A stretch of 64,000 nucleotides of DNA from Octopus sinensis (GCF_006345805.1 NC_043011.1:62384464-62448463), one strand, 5' to 3'. Counted from the stretch's first letter, positions 26,082 through 40,839 are shown. The notes: generated by a model not told the origin, from the sequence alone. Numbers and translations: made by a program.

Positions 26082-27139
26082 TTGGTGTTTTTCTTGAAGT
26101 TGACAGTGCTTAAGACCAGTGTTTTGTTTTTCCGTGGCCTTGCTCCGGCATGGCCTCAGTCTAATGCATGAAGCATGTAGAATAATAGAAGGTTGTGACT
26201 ATTATCTGCACCTCTTTCTACTACAAATACGTTTCGCAAAAACGTAAAAATGAAAGCGAATTCCTATGAATTCTTATTGCATGTGTATTAGATTGAAAAC
26301 CTGAAAGAATAACTGCAAAATGTTACGAGGTGAAGCTCTACGAATGGACGCTGTAATTCATTAAGTTGTACTTCTTACAAGGAATAACATTAATTATATT
26401 TATTTAATCAAGCGCTTTTTGGCTTCTTTTAAAGAGACCGAATCGGAATACAAGACGATTTTGTGTGCTTTGTGATGTGTAAAATGCTGAGAAAGTTCTG
26501 CATCATCAAAAGGTTCACATGTATAAACCGTTACGGAAAAAAAACGAAATGAAAGTAAAAATAAAATATAAACAGTTTTTTTATGCACGAAATAATTATG
26601 AATTCCTATGAACCATTTGAAAGCGGTGATGCTTTGCATGTAGGAATGTGTCAACGTAAGCCGTCATTTATTTCTCATAATAAACAAAGTTAATTATATC
26701 TCACTAATTATACTTTCTTAATCATATCTTCATAATTACATTCTAAAGAATCATTTTTGAGGAAAAAAAAACATACGAATAGAAGCATTTCTTCTTTAAT
26801 CTGGTTACTAACAGAATTTGAACACTCGCTCTAATTAATATAACATGTTTAAAATTTCATTGAATATACACTGAAAGTATGTCGAAAATAAAATATACGA
26901 CGCTAATTTAAAATTAAAATTTGAAACGGGTCGAATTTCCAAACACAAAAAAAACAATAAATGAAATAAATGAAAATAACATAAGTTACATACAAACCTG
27001 CCATTAACATTATAACCCCTAACTATATTAACCTGATATTTTTTCGTGTTTCATTGAGCATAAATATTTAGGGAGATACGTTGAGATATCTTTGCAAGAA
27101 AAATGGTCGCCACAATGCAAATATATTTTTGATATCACT

Positions 27140-27360
27140 GCAAAGAAGGGTTTAATATCGGTTTCAAACCTTCGCACAAGGCCAGAAATTTCAGGGGAGG
27201 GGAAAGACGATTACATCTACCCCAGTGTTCTTATCTTATCAACCCCGAAACGAAGAAAGGCAATGTCAACGCTGGCGGAATTTGAACTCAGAACGTAAAA
27301 ACGGACGAAATTCTGCTAAGCATTTTGCTGGGCGTGCTAACGATTTTTCCAGCTCACCTT
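27140..27360 (-). mobile_element. SINE family B
   Basis: Matches 12903-13133 (ggcggaatttgaactcagaacgtaaa...cgaaat...ctaagcatttt...ggcgtgctaacg). Confidence 0.75.
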
Positions 27361-27724
27361 AAAAAGTGTTTAATATCAAATGCGAAATCTCTTTCTTCAT
27401 GTGCAATGGTTAGAGATAACTGCGAATATGACTCTTTGCATGAAGAAACACTACGTTTTTCTATAACCGTTTGGTAGTTTACTTACTGTTAACTAATGTA
27501 ACGGCCTTCTCTTTCGAAATCACCCTTGAAGCACAAGACCGCTTTACATCTTAGACAGGGTTACTAGCTCACGTAAGGTCAGGACTGTCATATATCGGTG
27601 ATCCTATACACATGCCGAGTGATTAGCTCCCCGCCAAGTCCAGTGTGTCACAAGGTCGCCTGGCATTTGACTCATAATTGAGCGTCCTTTAACACTACGT
27701 CACTCCTAAACAAACCTGGGAGCA

Positions 27725-28347
27725 ACTAAGTTCTTCACAGTGGTTGAACCAAAATGAAGCACCGAAAACCTTCCCGAAACCCGAGCACTTCAGGAAGAAA
27801 GTTATGGTGATTCTTTGGTGGTGCACAGCTGGATTCCTCCACTATAACTTCTTAAAACCCGGAAAAACCATTACTTCAGAAATATATTGCCATGAAATTG
27901 CCAAAATGAACGAAAAACTGCTACTTCTCCGTCCCAGATTGGTCAACAGAAGATGGCCAATCATTCTTCATGACAATGTTCGACCACACGTTTCACTAAT
28001 GGCGCTCCAGAAGTTGAGGGAACTTGGCTACGAAGTTCTTCCCCACCCAGCTTATTCCCCAGACTTCTCTCCTACCGGCTACCGCTTTTTCAATCACCTT
28101 GATGGTTTCCTGCGAGGGAAGGAGTTCAAAAATTAAACACCGATGCTGAAAGTGAGTTGAAAGAGTTCATCAGTCCCAGAACTCCAGGATTTTTATGTTA
28201 CCGGAAAAAACAAATTGTTAACTCGTTAGCAAAAAGGTGTTGATTGTAATGGTACTTACTTTGAAGAATAAAATTTCCGCATTGACGAAATATATTGTAA
28301 TGAATTACAGGTTTCAAAATGTTGCTTACTTTTTACTCAGCCTGATA
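27725..28347 (+). mobile_element. Mariner (Hsmar1/SETMAR-like) transposase 3' half with right TIR
   Basis: KKVMVILWW...ITSEIYC...LHDNVRPH...LGYEVLPHPAYSPDFSPTGY.FF; the TIR-like end ttactttttactcagcctgata. Confidence 0.9.
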
Positions 28348-28759
28348 CATACACACACACACACACACACACACGTTTGTATATAAGCAAGATTCGTTTG
28401 AAAAAGGTACTTACAGTTGAGACGATACCTCGTTAGGTCAGATTAAAAGGCAGACACCAAATTTCAGATGAATGCCAACCATGCGATTGAACTTGGCAGA
28501 ATCATTGAATATGTAGGTTGCCGTGGATTTTGAATTACTTTCTTGGTTGCAAAGGTCGTGATATTCATCTGAAGAAAACGGGATTTTTCTGATGATATAA
28601 TGCACTCAACTATCAGTTAAAAATTCTTTAGAAACTGCCGAAATGATTAGTGACATGTCCTTCAATTGTTACGTGTATACACACGCACACACACATACAC
28701 ACACACACACACTTACACACACACACGGGCACGCATGCACACACGCACACACATACAAG

Positions 28760-28896
28760 TGCAGGAGTGGCTGTGTTGTAAGTTGGTTTCTAACCAACCT
28801 GTGCGGCACCTTGACCATGTATCTTCTACTATTGCCTCAGGCCGACCAAACCCTTGCGAGTGGATTTGGTACGCGGAAACTGAAAGATGCCCGTCG

Positions 28897-28936
<40 letters not shown>

Positions 28937-29152
28937 AGTGCGTGTGTGTGTGTCTGTGTGTGTGTGTATGTATATATATATATATATATGTTGGTGTGTT
29001 TACGTACTCGTCACTTAGCGGTTCAGACATAAGAACACGATAGAACAAGTACTAGGCTTACAAAGAATAAGTCCTGGGGTCAATTTGTTCGACTAAAGGT
29101 GTTGCTCCAGCATGGACGTTGTCAAATGACAGAAACAAATTAAATAATAAAA
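28760..29152 (+). mobile_element. SINE family A, full-length with internal (TA)/(TG) microsatellite
   Basis: tRNA-like head, body, central microsatellite and conserved 3' half ending in the ccagcatgg...gaaacaa tail. Confidence 0.85.
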
Positions 29153-29350
29153 GCATATGTAATGCCAACCCTCTTGACAAATTCCTTTTGTTGTGAAGAA
29201 CTCTCGAAGACCGAAACACAAGTACTAACATGTACTTGCGCTAATATAATTACTCTAAGGTGCGTTCGGCTCGTTATCAAAGTTTGGAGATAGTCTTGTC
29301 TTCAAACACCAAGCTAACCGACACACACACACACACACACACAAAATGCA

Positions 29351-29417
<67 letters not shown>

Positions 29418-29549
29418 ATATATATATATTATATATATATATATATATTATATATATATATATATATGTGTGTCCGTGTGTGTAAATATATATATATATA
29501 TATGTCTTTATATCTGTCTATATCTATATCATCTATCTATATCTATATC

Positions 29550-29652
<103 letters not shown>

Positions 29653-31031
29653 AATTGTGATCTGATAGATAGTTAGATAATTACATAGATACATAGCTAA
29701 ATGCTTATAAAGTATATATCGATATATATTCATAGACATAAATACAGAAAAAATTTAGATTCATTAATAACGAGCTAGAGGAAATCAGAGCAAGCGTAGA
29801 GCAATGATTCTAATAATTTTATAGTTGAATGAATCCTAGGAGCACCGTGACCAGATTAGCGTGAAATATTCGTGTTGTGTTACTGTCTCCCTATTTCTCC
29901 TAGGCGATAAGTGGGGATAAAATTAAATATTTGTACAAATGCAATTGGATTGATTACTGTTTTAGTATAGTTTTTGTTTTTTATCACTTATAATCTCATT
30001 GGTATTCTGATCGATTTGTTGTAGCTTCTACAATTCTAACCTTATCCAGCATTCCCCTCACCTCTCCTCCACGATCATGTCCTCATCACTTGACAAACCA
30101 CTCACTGCAACTTCTCAGAGCATTGGCAAACAGTGTTACTATGGAGATAAAATACTTGGTGGTTGGCGTTGGAATGTATGGAGGATATCAAATAAACACT
30201 ACTTTGCTAACAAGTTATATATTTTAGATGTAGCTAAATAAAGTAAGAGTTTATCAAACAAACTGCTGGAAGTATTTGAGTTATATCTGATAATAGTTTG
30301 ATATCTGGGAGATTATCTGTGTCATTGTTGCGAGGTACTCCCCAAGCGGTGTAATACGTCTGGTCGGTCGATAACCTGTGAGATGTATAAAGCATGTGCA
30401 TGTCTAGGTATGATATGTCCACTAGTGTTTGTACGTAGATAACGGTTGTAGAAAGCATGTTCCGCCGGGCATTCAAACAGAATACAACGACGACAACGAC
30501 AATGATAACGATAACAACATCAACTGTAATAACAATAATCTTTCCTACTATAGGCACAAGGCCTGAGATTTGAAGTGGTGCGGCGAATCGATTGCATGGA
30601 CCTCAGTGCGTAGCGGATACTGATTTCGTTCACCCCGAAACGACGAGATGCGAAGTTGGCCCCGGCTAAATTTGAACCCAGAACGTAAAGACGGACGAAA
30701 TGCCGTTAAGTGTTTTGTTCGATGCGCTGGTCCATCGAAGACAATTTTTGGTGATTTGTGATTCGATACTCTGACTATTCGCTCTTTCAATCCTCGGAGT
30801 TACGGGAGACACAGTCAAACCATTTGATGTTCAAGAGATGATGATGCTTCAGTTAATGAAAATGTTCGAGATTTTGATGTCGCCAGATTACAAAATCGAT
30901 CTGTAACTAGTTTAATAAGTGCCTACACACGAACCTTTCGGCATTTGAGTCACGCTATTGCTTCTGCTAAATATTAATAAAACAATATACATATACTAAT
31001 GCTTTCAGTTCTAATATTCCTGTTTCCATCA

Positions 31032-31103
<72 letters not shown>

Positions 31104-31140
31104 CTAGCAATGCACTCCGGCGTTGCCCGGCTGTTATACC
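31104..31140 (-). mobile_element. Helitron-type 3' terminus (hairpin + CTAG)
   Basis: a-CTAG-caatgcact-ccgg-cgttgc-ccgg, same architecture as the terminus at 42443. Confidence 0.5.
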
Positions 31141-32052
31141 CTACAGCTACATTCTACTATTTGTTCCTTTCTTATGGCCAGAATCGGTACACGAAGAGTA
31201 TGAAGCAAACAACTCTTCCTTATAAACATGTTTCTCGGTTATTTTCTGATGAACAACGCAGCAGTTTCCGTCTATCAAATTCAGTCAAAAGTGTGTGGTT
31301 GGCCTGGGGCTATAGTAGAAAACAATTGCCCAAGGTAACATGCAGAGGGACTGAACGTGGAACCATGTGGTTTGGAAGCAACCTTTTCAAACACACAGTG
31401 ATTCTTGCACCTAATATGTTGGTGTGTTTCCATTTGTTGTTAAAGTGAGTATTGTGTCCCACCATATCTCAAAGTTAGCGGTTCGTCAAGTAGAGATCTA
31501 AAGCCAAATTGAAAGGCGTACAGAGGTCAGTATGATCCATTAAAGTTTTGAAGGTGATACACCATCATGGCGACAGTCGAAAGACTAAACCCAGAAAAAT
31601 AATGTTTAAAGACTTAATGGCTTCGAATTTAAGGTAACGGATTACTAACCACGAGATAATGAGTTCAAAACTTGGTATTGATCTTCCACTCTATCCGATA
31701 ACATTATACGTACATCTCAGTGTATTTGACTTGTAGCAATTAACAATTGTAATTTGAAGTTTAATGGTTAACAGTAAGAAAGATGTTCAGATTTCTTAAA
31801 AAATGATTGTACAAAATATTCTGAGAAAAAGTATTTTTCTCAACACAGCAAAGCACACACAAACACCCGTACAGAGGTGTCTCTGTGGTAAATTGAGCAA
31901 CTACCAATAGCAGCCAAATCTCTCTCAAAACACTTCCATCAAAACAAAGACACAAATTTACAGTATTTCAGAAAGAAAAAAGTATGCGACGGGTCAGCTG
32001 CATCAGAGCCAACAGACAAACGTACATCGCATTAAAAGATTATCTACTAAAT

Positions 32053-32394
32053 AATACTAATAAAGCTGACGGCATATCGTCGAAGTTTCATACCCTGGTA
32101 AATCTCCATGTATTTTAAACATTTTCTCATTATGCTCTATGTAAGACATAAAGAGTGTTCAGGCAGAGTTACTTCTCTTAGCTAAAGACCACAAAATTGT
32201 GCGACCTGAACTAGTTTTCGAGGTTACTTTTGTAGTAAAAGAGTTGTGCAAAAAACATATTTTATTTCGTAGCCGAAAGATTACTGAATCATTTGATACC
32301 TCATACGTCAAAATCGGCCTCTCAGTTTTCGAATTCGTAAAGAACATACGCGCACGCACACACATACACACTATTTCTGTTTAATATGTTAAGA
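32053..32394 (-). mobile_element. Possible degenerate non-autonomous Helitron-like element
   Basis: Ends ...aaaatcggcc...cacacac...tttaatatgttaagat, like the 42837 end; the other end is eroded. Confidence 0.35.
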
Positions 32395-32409
32395 TCTATA
32401 TATGTATAT

Positions 32410-32496
<87 letters not shown>

Positions 32497-32618
32497 GCAT
32501 GTATATATATATATATAATGTATATATATATATATGCATGTATATATATATATATGTATGTATGTATATATACTATATATATATGCATATATTGTTATAT
32601 ATGTATACACACACACAT

Positions 32619-32649
<31 letters not shown>

Positions 32650-32656
32650 CACACAA

Positions 32657-32690
<34 letters not shown>

Positions 32691-32820
32691 TATATATATA
32701 TATATAATATATATATATATATCAAACTAGTTTAATAAGTGCCTACGCAAGAAATTAATTTTCGGCCCATGAGAATTTTGCTTCTGTTGAATATTAATGA
32801 TATAAATATGTATGTACGTG

Positions 32821-32898
<78 letters not shown>

Positions 32899-32936
32899 GA
32901 GATAGATAGAAGATAGATAGTAGATAGATAGATAGG

Positions 32937-32986
<50 letters not shown>

Positions 32987-33661
32987 CATATATGAATAAT
33001 CGGTGGCATTTCTTTAATCCTAATAACCAATTCTTCCGAAACATTTCCGCAGGCTTCTGAACGAAATACCAAAAAAATCGATAGATATGACCCGTTAGAT
33101 TCTATAAAATTCTTTAAGATGTTCGTATATTAGAAGGTGAACCGCTATAAATTGCTCTAAATTACAATTTCTTCAGAAAAGGAAAAGAAACATCGTCTTT
33201 AATGCCAAGCAGCTTTTATATAACAACACCGCAACTCGCAATCTGGTTTAATGTTATTCAGTAGAGACCTGATATTAATGCATTGTACTCTGATAAATAT
33301 ATTTTAACAAAATTATCATTATCAATTTAGTTTAAATTTTATTCATATTTTTACATTTAACACTTATCAGAGCAAGAAGGAAAACAAAATTTATATAATA
33401 TTGCAACTATATTTCATATCTGAATAATATTTATTGATTTCTTTTAAAAAAATAAACGAAATAACAATAAAGTAGAAAGATAAATAAGGGTGGAGGGTGT
33501 GGTGGGGGTGGAGAAAGGGAATTTATAAGAAACTCAATATGTTATCATTTCATACATCCTGTTCGGGTGGAAATTTTTAAAAGCTCTGATTGGACAAACT
33601 AATCTCGTCAGCGAGCAACAACCCTGAATTGATTTTATCATCATCATCATCATCATCATCC

Positions 33662-33710
<49 letters not shown>

Positions 33711-34000
33711 AACCACCACCATCATCACCATCATCATCAGTATCGCTGTTGTTATCGTCATCACCCTGCGATAAGACCCGATACGTAGGTGGGATTCCAT
33801 TTTATTTTATTCCATATTGTGTAATTGTTATTGAAATCCTTTTCAATATGCAATACGCTCGACAACAATGCAATATGCTTCTCGTGCTCCATAACAAAAG
33901 CATTAAATGATTATGCGTACACACACATATACATACAAACATACATACATATATACATACAAATACATATACATATATGTATATCTGTGTATATATATAT

Positions 34001-34046
<46 letters not shown>

Positions 34047-34101
34047 TTAGCAATGTTAAATTTCTAAATGTCTCAAAGAGACATGAGCGGTGGTGGAGCG
34101 A

Positions 34102-34291
34102 TAGAGCGGTTATATAGTGTCAACTTAACATGACAGTCCCGTATGGGAATTACACCACCGCTATTTAGCCCTAGGAAGCATCGACGCTTCCTGTCGGCTT
34201 TGACACATTTCCTGTGTCCTTATATTTGCGAAGGGGAGACAAGCACTCCACCAGCTAGGCCTGCACCTAGAGACAGTATACAACCGCTCTC
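34102..34291. mobile_element. MITE-like element with ~20-bp TIRs
   Basis: tagagcggttatatagtgtc vs gacagtatacaaccgctctc (reverse complement gagagcggttgtatactgtc). Confidence 0.5.
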
Positions 34292-34306
34292 TCTCTATAT
34301 ATATGC

Positions 34307-34685
34307 TTTTATTCTTTTACTTGTTTCAGTCATCTGACTGTGGCCATGCTGGAGCACCGCCTTTAGTCGAACAAATCGATCCCCCAGGACCCATTCTTTG
34401 TAAGCCTAGTACTTATTCTATCGGTCTCTTTTGCCGAACCGCTACGTTACGGGGATGTAAACACACCGACATCGATTGTCAAGCTATGCTGGGTGACAAA
34501 TACAGACACACAAACATATACATAGATATATATACGATGGGCTTCTTTCAGTTTCCGTCTACCAAATCCACTCACAAGGCTTTGATCGGCTCGAGGCTAT
34601 AGTAGAAGACACTTGCACGAGGTGCCACGCTGTGTGACTGAACTTGGAACAATGTTGTTGGTAAGCAAGCTACTTTCCACATAGC

Positions 34686-34690
<5 letters not shown>
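34307..34690 (-). mobile_element. SINE family A, full-length
   Basis: Reverse complement of the 28760-29152 architecture. Confidence 0.85.
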
Positions 34691-34761
<71 letters not shown>

Positions 34762-35667
34762 ATTTAAACGGACGAATGGGATATGTGGTGTAGCTAAAAT
34801 TGTTTCATTAGGAGTTTTGATTTTGACGTAAGCATAATACATCACTCCCAACTCAGAGGCAACCAGGTAAGACAGGTGAGGGATCCTTTACCTTCGGATA
34901 CTATTGGAATTTCATATTACCTAACAGCAGTGATCATCCTCTCTCGATGCATTCCGTACTATATTAATGGATTACTTGATTGTCGGTTTTGTATAATCCT
35001 GACTAACCTATCAATGGTGTGCTCCAATTTCATATGCCTTGGTTCCTTATGGATCCCTTCTGATCGAATATGTGTAAGTGTGTGTGTGTATGAATGTAGG
35101 CGTAGCTGTGTGGTAAGATGTTGGTTTCTCCATCACATGGTTCCGAGTTTAGTCCCACTGTTTGGCACCTTGGGCTAGTGTCTTTTAGTAAATCCTTGAG
35201 CTGATCAAAGTTTTGTGAGTGGATTTGCCGGACGGAAACTTAAAGAAGCGCATGTACACACACACACACACACATAGTTGGAATTCATAAAAAAAAACAA
35301 ATGACGATGGCGGGTGTATAAACAACAAGTAGATGTATTAGTTTAACGCTCGAGAAGTGAGAAAGTCTTTTACGTTTCGAGCGTACGCTCTTCAGAAGAA
35401 AGGAACACAGAAATAAACGGAGAGAAAATTATATATATATAATTTTTTGTTATTGACTATAACGGAGATTAGATCATTTGTGGGTTTCTTACCTTAAAAA
35501 TTAATACTTAAAAATTAATATTTAACATTATAATCGATTATATGACATAATCATAATCGTTAAACTTTCTAGTTTGATAATAGTGTTTTTTATAAGAAAA
35601 ATTATTATTTTATTTATTTCTTAAAAAATATTGTTTAAATATTTTTGATTATTTATTCAAATATTAT

Positions 35668-35770
35668 CATTAACCTGAAGATTGACTATAACCATAATTC
35701 GAATTATTAATTGAATTTAAATTATTGTTATTCGAATTAGGTTATGGGCATGAAACGATCGTAGTGGTTT
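35668..35770 (+). ncRNA. Hammerhead-like motif with extended stem II
   Basis: CTGAAGA (35675-35681), long hairpin (ataacc..taattcgaat / attcgaatta..ggttat), GAAAC-GATC-GTA (35752-35763). The stem base and stem I are eroded. Confidence 0.4.
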
Positions 35771-35860
35771 ACTCTTTATCTTATATTAAACTTTTTAATA
35801 CATTTTGATAATTATATTTATCAAAAACAAAAAAATAATAATAATAATAATAAAAATGAT

Positions 35861-35897
<37 letters not shown>

Positions 35898-36278
35898 TAT
35901 AAATTTATAAGTATAAATTAATATTTTAAATAATTTTTTTAATTTTAACTTTAAATTTGAATAATTTAAATTTTGAATTTTAGTTTTTATATATTTTGTA
36001 TTTTATATTAATTAATTTTATTTCTATGTATTGGTTTATGTTTTTCACTGTTTGATTTGCCTAATAGTGGCTTTATCTCTAATTTAATATATATATTTTT
36101 ACTGTAAAATTAGATTTAATCCTAAATCTAATTTTTCCCTGTAAGTTTGGATTTACTCCCTAATATTATATATATATATATATGAGTTCAGCAAAATTTA
36201 GATTGAGATGAATATGGTACCTAAGTCAAAGGCACCAGAATTTTGTATGGCATTATCCATATAAATTAAATGGGGTGA

Positions 36279-36502
36279 TTATAATCAAAATGAGCAACAG
36301 GTATATCCAAGGCAGAGTATAATGTTGGCAAATGAAATATGGATAAGAATGTGCATTGTCCGTTTGATTGGAAAATTCTACAAGTGGCTGAAGATTGCTC
36401 GTCATTTTAAAACTGATGTAATACAATGTTTAATAAAATGAAGTAGCATTAAAAATTGTTCAACTCTACCTTGGATATACTTGTTGCTTATTTTGATTAT
36501 TT
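36279..36502. repeat. Inverted repeat of ~40 bp around a ~145-bp spacer
   Basis: ataatcaaaatgagcaacaggtatatccaaggcagagt vs actctaccttggatatacttgttgcttattttgattat. Confidence 0.8.
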
Positions 36503-36890
36503 ATTCATATATGTATATATATATATATATATGTATATGCATATACATAGACGTTTATAAATCTATATGTGCATATTAATGTGTTTGTGGCTGCCTGCTT
36601 ACGTAAACAGATGCATGTGGGCGTTTGATGTGAAATCAATTGATAAAGAAATATGTTGTGCAAACATTTGAATCTGTTGAAGTATAAAACACACCAGCCG
36701 ACCGTACCTTCTTACATATTCTATTATTATACAACTAGCCGCGTACCTTATTATAAATTCTATAGCAATGTACACACAGCTGCCTTTCTCAATAATCTCC
36801 TTGACACTCTCCCTCTCACTCCTGATATGTTTCATCAAACAATCCACCGGATGCGAAAATGCGATTGTGTGATTGTGATAAAAGAAATGA

Positions 36891-36950
<60 letters not shown>

Positions 36951-37024
36951 TACTCCAGCAAAGGATCAGATATTCATAAACCTACCCACACACATACATA
37001 CAGATATATATATATATATGTATA

Positions 37025-37062
<38 letters not shown>

Positions 37063-37085
37063 TATACTTACACATATATATATAC

Positions 37086-37144
<59 letters not shown>

Positions 37145-37379
37145 TACAAACATATATATATATATATGTACATGCGCACTAAAATTGGGTGAATTCATAA
37201 AGAATTTGAAAGGATGAATGGATGAATGAATAATGAATGAGTGGATTAATGAATAATGAATGAGTAGATTAATGAATGAATAAACAGAATGCCACTTGAA
37301 GTGGAGAAGCGAAATTGAAGAAATCAAATTCAATAAATTGTTTTATTTTATTTTTTTTTGTGTATGTATGTGTCTCCGA

Positions 37380-37946
37380 TCGATTTGTATATTTGTTTAA
37401 CAATTGTCGTCGTCATCGTCGTCTCCATCTTCATCATCATCGTCGTCACCGTTGTCGGCGTTGTCATCGTCAACATGATCCTCACAACTACCACCATCTC
37501 TACCATTCCCACCATTACTACCGCCACCACCACCACCATCGTCGTGGTAGTGGCCGTCGCCCTCCTTCTCCTCCTTCTCGTCGTCCTCCTCATCATCAAC
37601 ATCGTCAACATTATCCTCACCCCACCAAAACCACCACCACCATCATCACCATCATCATCATCCTCATCATCATCAACGTCATCCTCCTCCTCCTCCTCCT
37701 CCTCCTCCTCATCATCATCATCATCACCAACACCAACACCAACACCTCCGCCCCTGTTACCACCACCTCCACCATCACTACCCACACCATCACCACCGTT
37801 CTCCGCTGTGTCCTCTTCGTCTTTCTGTTCAACTTCATCATCATCATCATCATCATTCACATCATCGTCATTATCATTATCAGCAGCAGCAAAACCACCA
37901 CCGCCAAAACCATTACAACCGCTACCACCACCACCACCACCACCAT

Positions 37947-37978
<32 letters not shown>

Positions 37979-37985
37979 TTATTGG
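37380..37985. repeat. Compound (TCA/ACC/TCC)n low-complexity tract
   Basis: Visible trinucleotide runs; open in several frames because the repeats lack stop codons. Confidence 0.85.
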
Positions 37986-38305
37986 TCTTATGCGATGCAT
38001 TCGTTTGTCTGTTTTCGGTTTCAGCGCCAGTGATTAATAATGCATGAATATCTTTTGTTGGTGACTCTCCGTTGCACATGTCACCGCCACTTTTCATTTC
38101 GTTCACTCTCCTCTTACAAATGTCTGCTGGTGACAACGCTTTCATCCGTTGATTTCCAATGATTAAAGCGAACTATTTATAGTTAAACGTAGAATTTCTT
38201 TTTGTAGTTTTACAATATCCAAAACCGTCATCGGATCCCGATTTAACATATGTCTTCATCTGGAATGTTCTTTTCCTCGGAACACGAGCATAAAGAAGCT
38301 TATTA

Positions 38306-38357
<52 letters not shown>

Positions 38358-38403
38358 TATTATTATTTTTATTATTATTATTATTATATTATTATTATTA
38401 TTA

Positions 38404-38476
<73 letters not shown>

Positions 38477-38490
38477 TTATTATTATATTA

Positions 38491-38566
<76 letters not shown>

Positions 38567-38569
38567 GAG

Positions 38570-39110
38570 TGAGAGAGCAGTGCATGCCATCAAAGTGACA
38601 CTGGGGTAAAATATACGAAGCCCAGTATACCCATCAAGACAACCCGTCTGATAAGGGTACACTAGGCACATGTATCATAAACATATGTGTGCAACATGGT
38701 GATCTCATATCAAGACAAACAGCGCATGACCTTCTGGATGGGGCCCAGTTAGAATTTTATTCTGGTCGAGTAGCCCATCCCACTCAAATGGTTCCTGAAT
38801 AAGGGTTGTTTAAGGATGTTGACCAAAACATCATGTTTCCAGAGGTGAATCATCCAAACCCCAAAGAATTCCTCTCAACACATGGCTATGATGCTCCCCC
38901 ACTACTTCTGCTCATGATCAGAGATGCACATTTCGTCAGCCACTAAGGGACATGCTCAACTGGTTACGGTCAAACACCTGACAAGCAAATCTGTGGTATT
39001 GAGCAGAATATTTGCTGTAGCCCATCTTTTATACCAAGACAAAACAATGTACATGATAACACTTCCAATCAATTAAGATGAGAAGCCATGAGAGCCACTG
39101 TCTGGTACTG

Positions 39111-39112
<2 letters not shown>
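38570..39112 (-). mobile_element. Unclassified ~540-bp non-coding interspersed repeat embedded in (TAA)n/(TGA)n arrays
   Basis: Complex sequence sharply bounded by (TAT)n and (CAT)n(TAT)n arrays. Recalled as a common Octopus repeat; single copy in this window. Confidence 0.4.
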
Positions 39113-39191
<79 letters not shown>

Positions 39192-39209
39192 TATTATTAT
39201 TATTATTAC

Positions 39210-39842
39210 TTTTTTTTTCTTCTTTCAAATTTGCTTCCATTTCTTGCCGAGTGTCTTCCCGACTCCTAGGGCAAAGAAACTCATAGTATACATTGGTAGG
39301 CCATTAAACCAAACTCAATAGTTCGTTCATTTTTTTTTATTTTTTTTAAGTTAAATTAAAATACATGAGCAGCAACAGTTCTCACATCGACAATGCTCTT
39401 CTCAATACGTGTGATGTACCAGTTAAGACAATCTTTTGCACTTCTTGCAGGGATGGTAAGCCAGGGATCATTCTCATATAATTTTCGGTTCCCTTATTGA
39501 TCATTCCTAGTGTTCCTACGATTACTGATATTGTAATCGCCTTGAGATGCCACATTTTCTCAATTTCAATGAGTAGGTCTTTATATTTTCTGACCTTGTC
39601 AAACTCTTTCGCTGAGATATTATGATCACAGGGGATGCTCATGTCGATCAATAAGCAAACTTTATTATTTTGGTCTTTCACAACAATATCTGGTTTATTG
39701 GCCTTGATGGTTCGGTCTGTATGTACTGGAAAGTCCCACAGAATGGTTACATTTTCTCCTTCAGTTACAGCCTCAGGGTGGTGATTATACCACTTGTCGG
39801 CAGTTTTGATATTGTAATGCCGACTTATTAGCCAGTGTATCC
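39210..39842 (-). mobile_element. R4/Dong-like non-LTR retrotransposon 3' end (RLE domain, 3' UTR, poly-A)
   Basis: WYNHHPE...ILWDFPVHTDRTIKANKPDIVVKD...LIDMSIP...K..KYKDL...VIVGTLG...LQEVQKIVLTGTSHVLRRAL*; A-tail, then (TAA)n; the 5' end is also in a (TAA)n array. Confidence 0.9.
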
Positions 39843-39867
39843 TCATCATCATTATCATCTTAATCAA

Positions 39868-39937
<70 letters not shown>

Positions 39938-40346
39938 TCTCTGTATTGTTTTTATTTTAATGGTCAAAAACCCGGTGGTTGCCCATGTCGCAATTTCCCT
40001 CTCTCCACACCAAAATTGTTACCCATGGAAGAAAGAAGATCCGATGAAGTTCGAGACCCTTGTTGTCGTAGTTCACCCCAAATGAAGGTCACGTGAGCCC
40101 CCGTTTCGTATTCAGCGACCGAAAGGATGTTTGTACAACTTGTTCTCTGAACCCTTGCTGGTTCGGATCGGTTGAGTGATGATGATTAAGATGATGATAA
40201 TGATGATGATGATTAGGAGGAGGAGGAAGTGGATGGTGATGATGAGGATAATGAGGATTAAGACGATAATGATGTTGATTAAGATAATGATAATGATGAT
40301 GATGACGATGGTGACGATGATTATGGTGATGATGATGATGATTACG

Positions 40347-40377
<31 letters not shown>

Positions 40378-40839
40378 GGAGGAGGAGGAGGGAGATGATG
40401 GTGATGAGGATGATTATGTTTAAGATAACGATGATGTTGATTAAGATGATAATGATGATGAGGATAATGACGATTGTAATGATGATGATGATGTGAAGGA
40501 GGAAGTGGAGGCGGAGGATGAGTGCTCTGATCTAGGAATGAAACATCGGGACCGGCGATCAAACGACGACAATAACAATAACGACCACAGCTGTAACTGA
40601 AACTTCTTATAAGCTAAATGCAGCAATCCATTGTTATTAAGAGACCAGATTAGAAAAGCTGAAAGAGATTAATGCAACGAAGTGGATCACTCGGTAAATC
40701 CTCGGACAAAAATGCGTTTCAGTTATTTCGTACGTCCTCCTCCCCTTGTTCTGAGTTCAAATTCCATGGAAGTCAGTACTGTCTTTTATTCTTCCTGGCT
40801 TGATAAATGAAGCACCAGTTAAGTACATATGTCGATACT

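Noticed and set aside
34812-34866. AG...CAG|gtaaga candidate exon in the large intron
   Set aside because: 55 nt (frameshifting) and contains TAA in the required phase.
37348-38145. 265-aa minus-strand ORF with a unique N-terminus followed by D/G/E runs
   Set aside because: Mostly a microsatellite read-through; no homology or splice support for the unique part.
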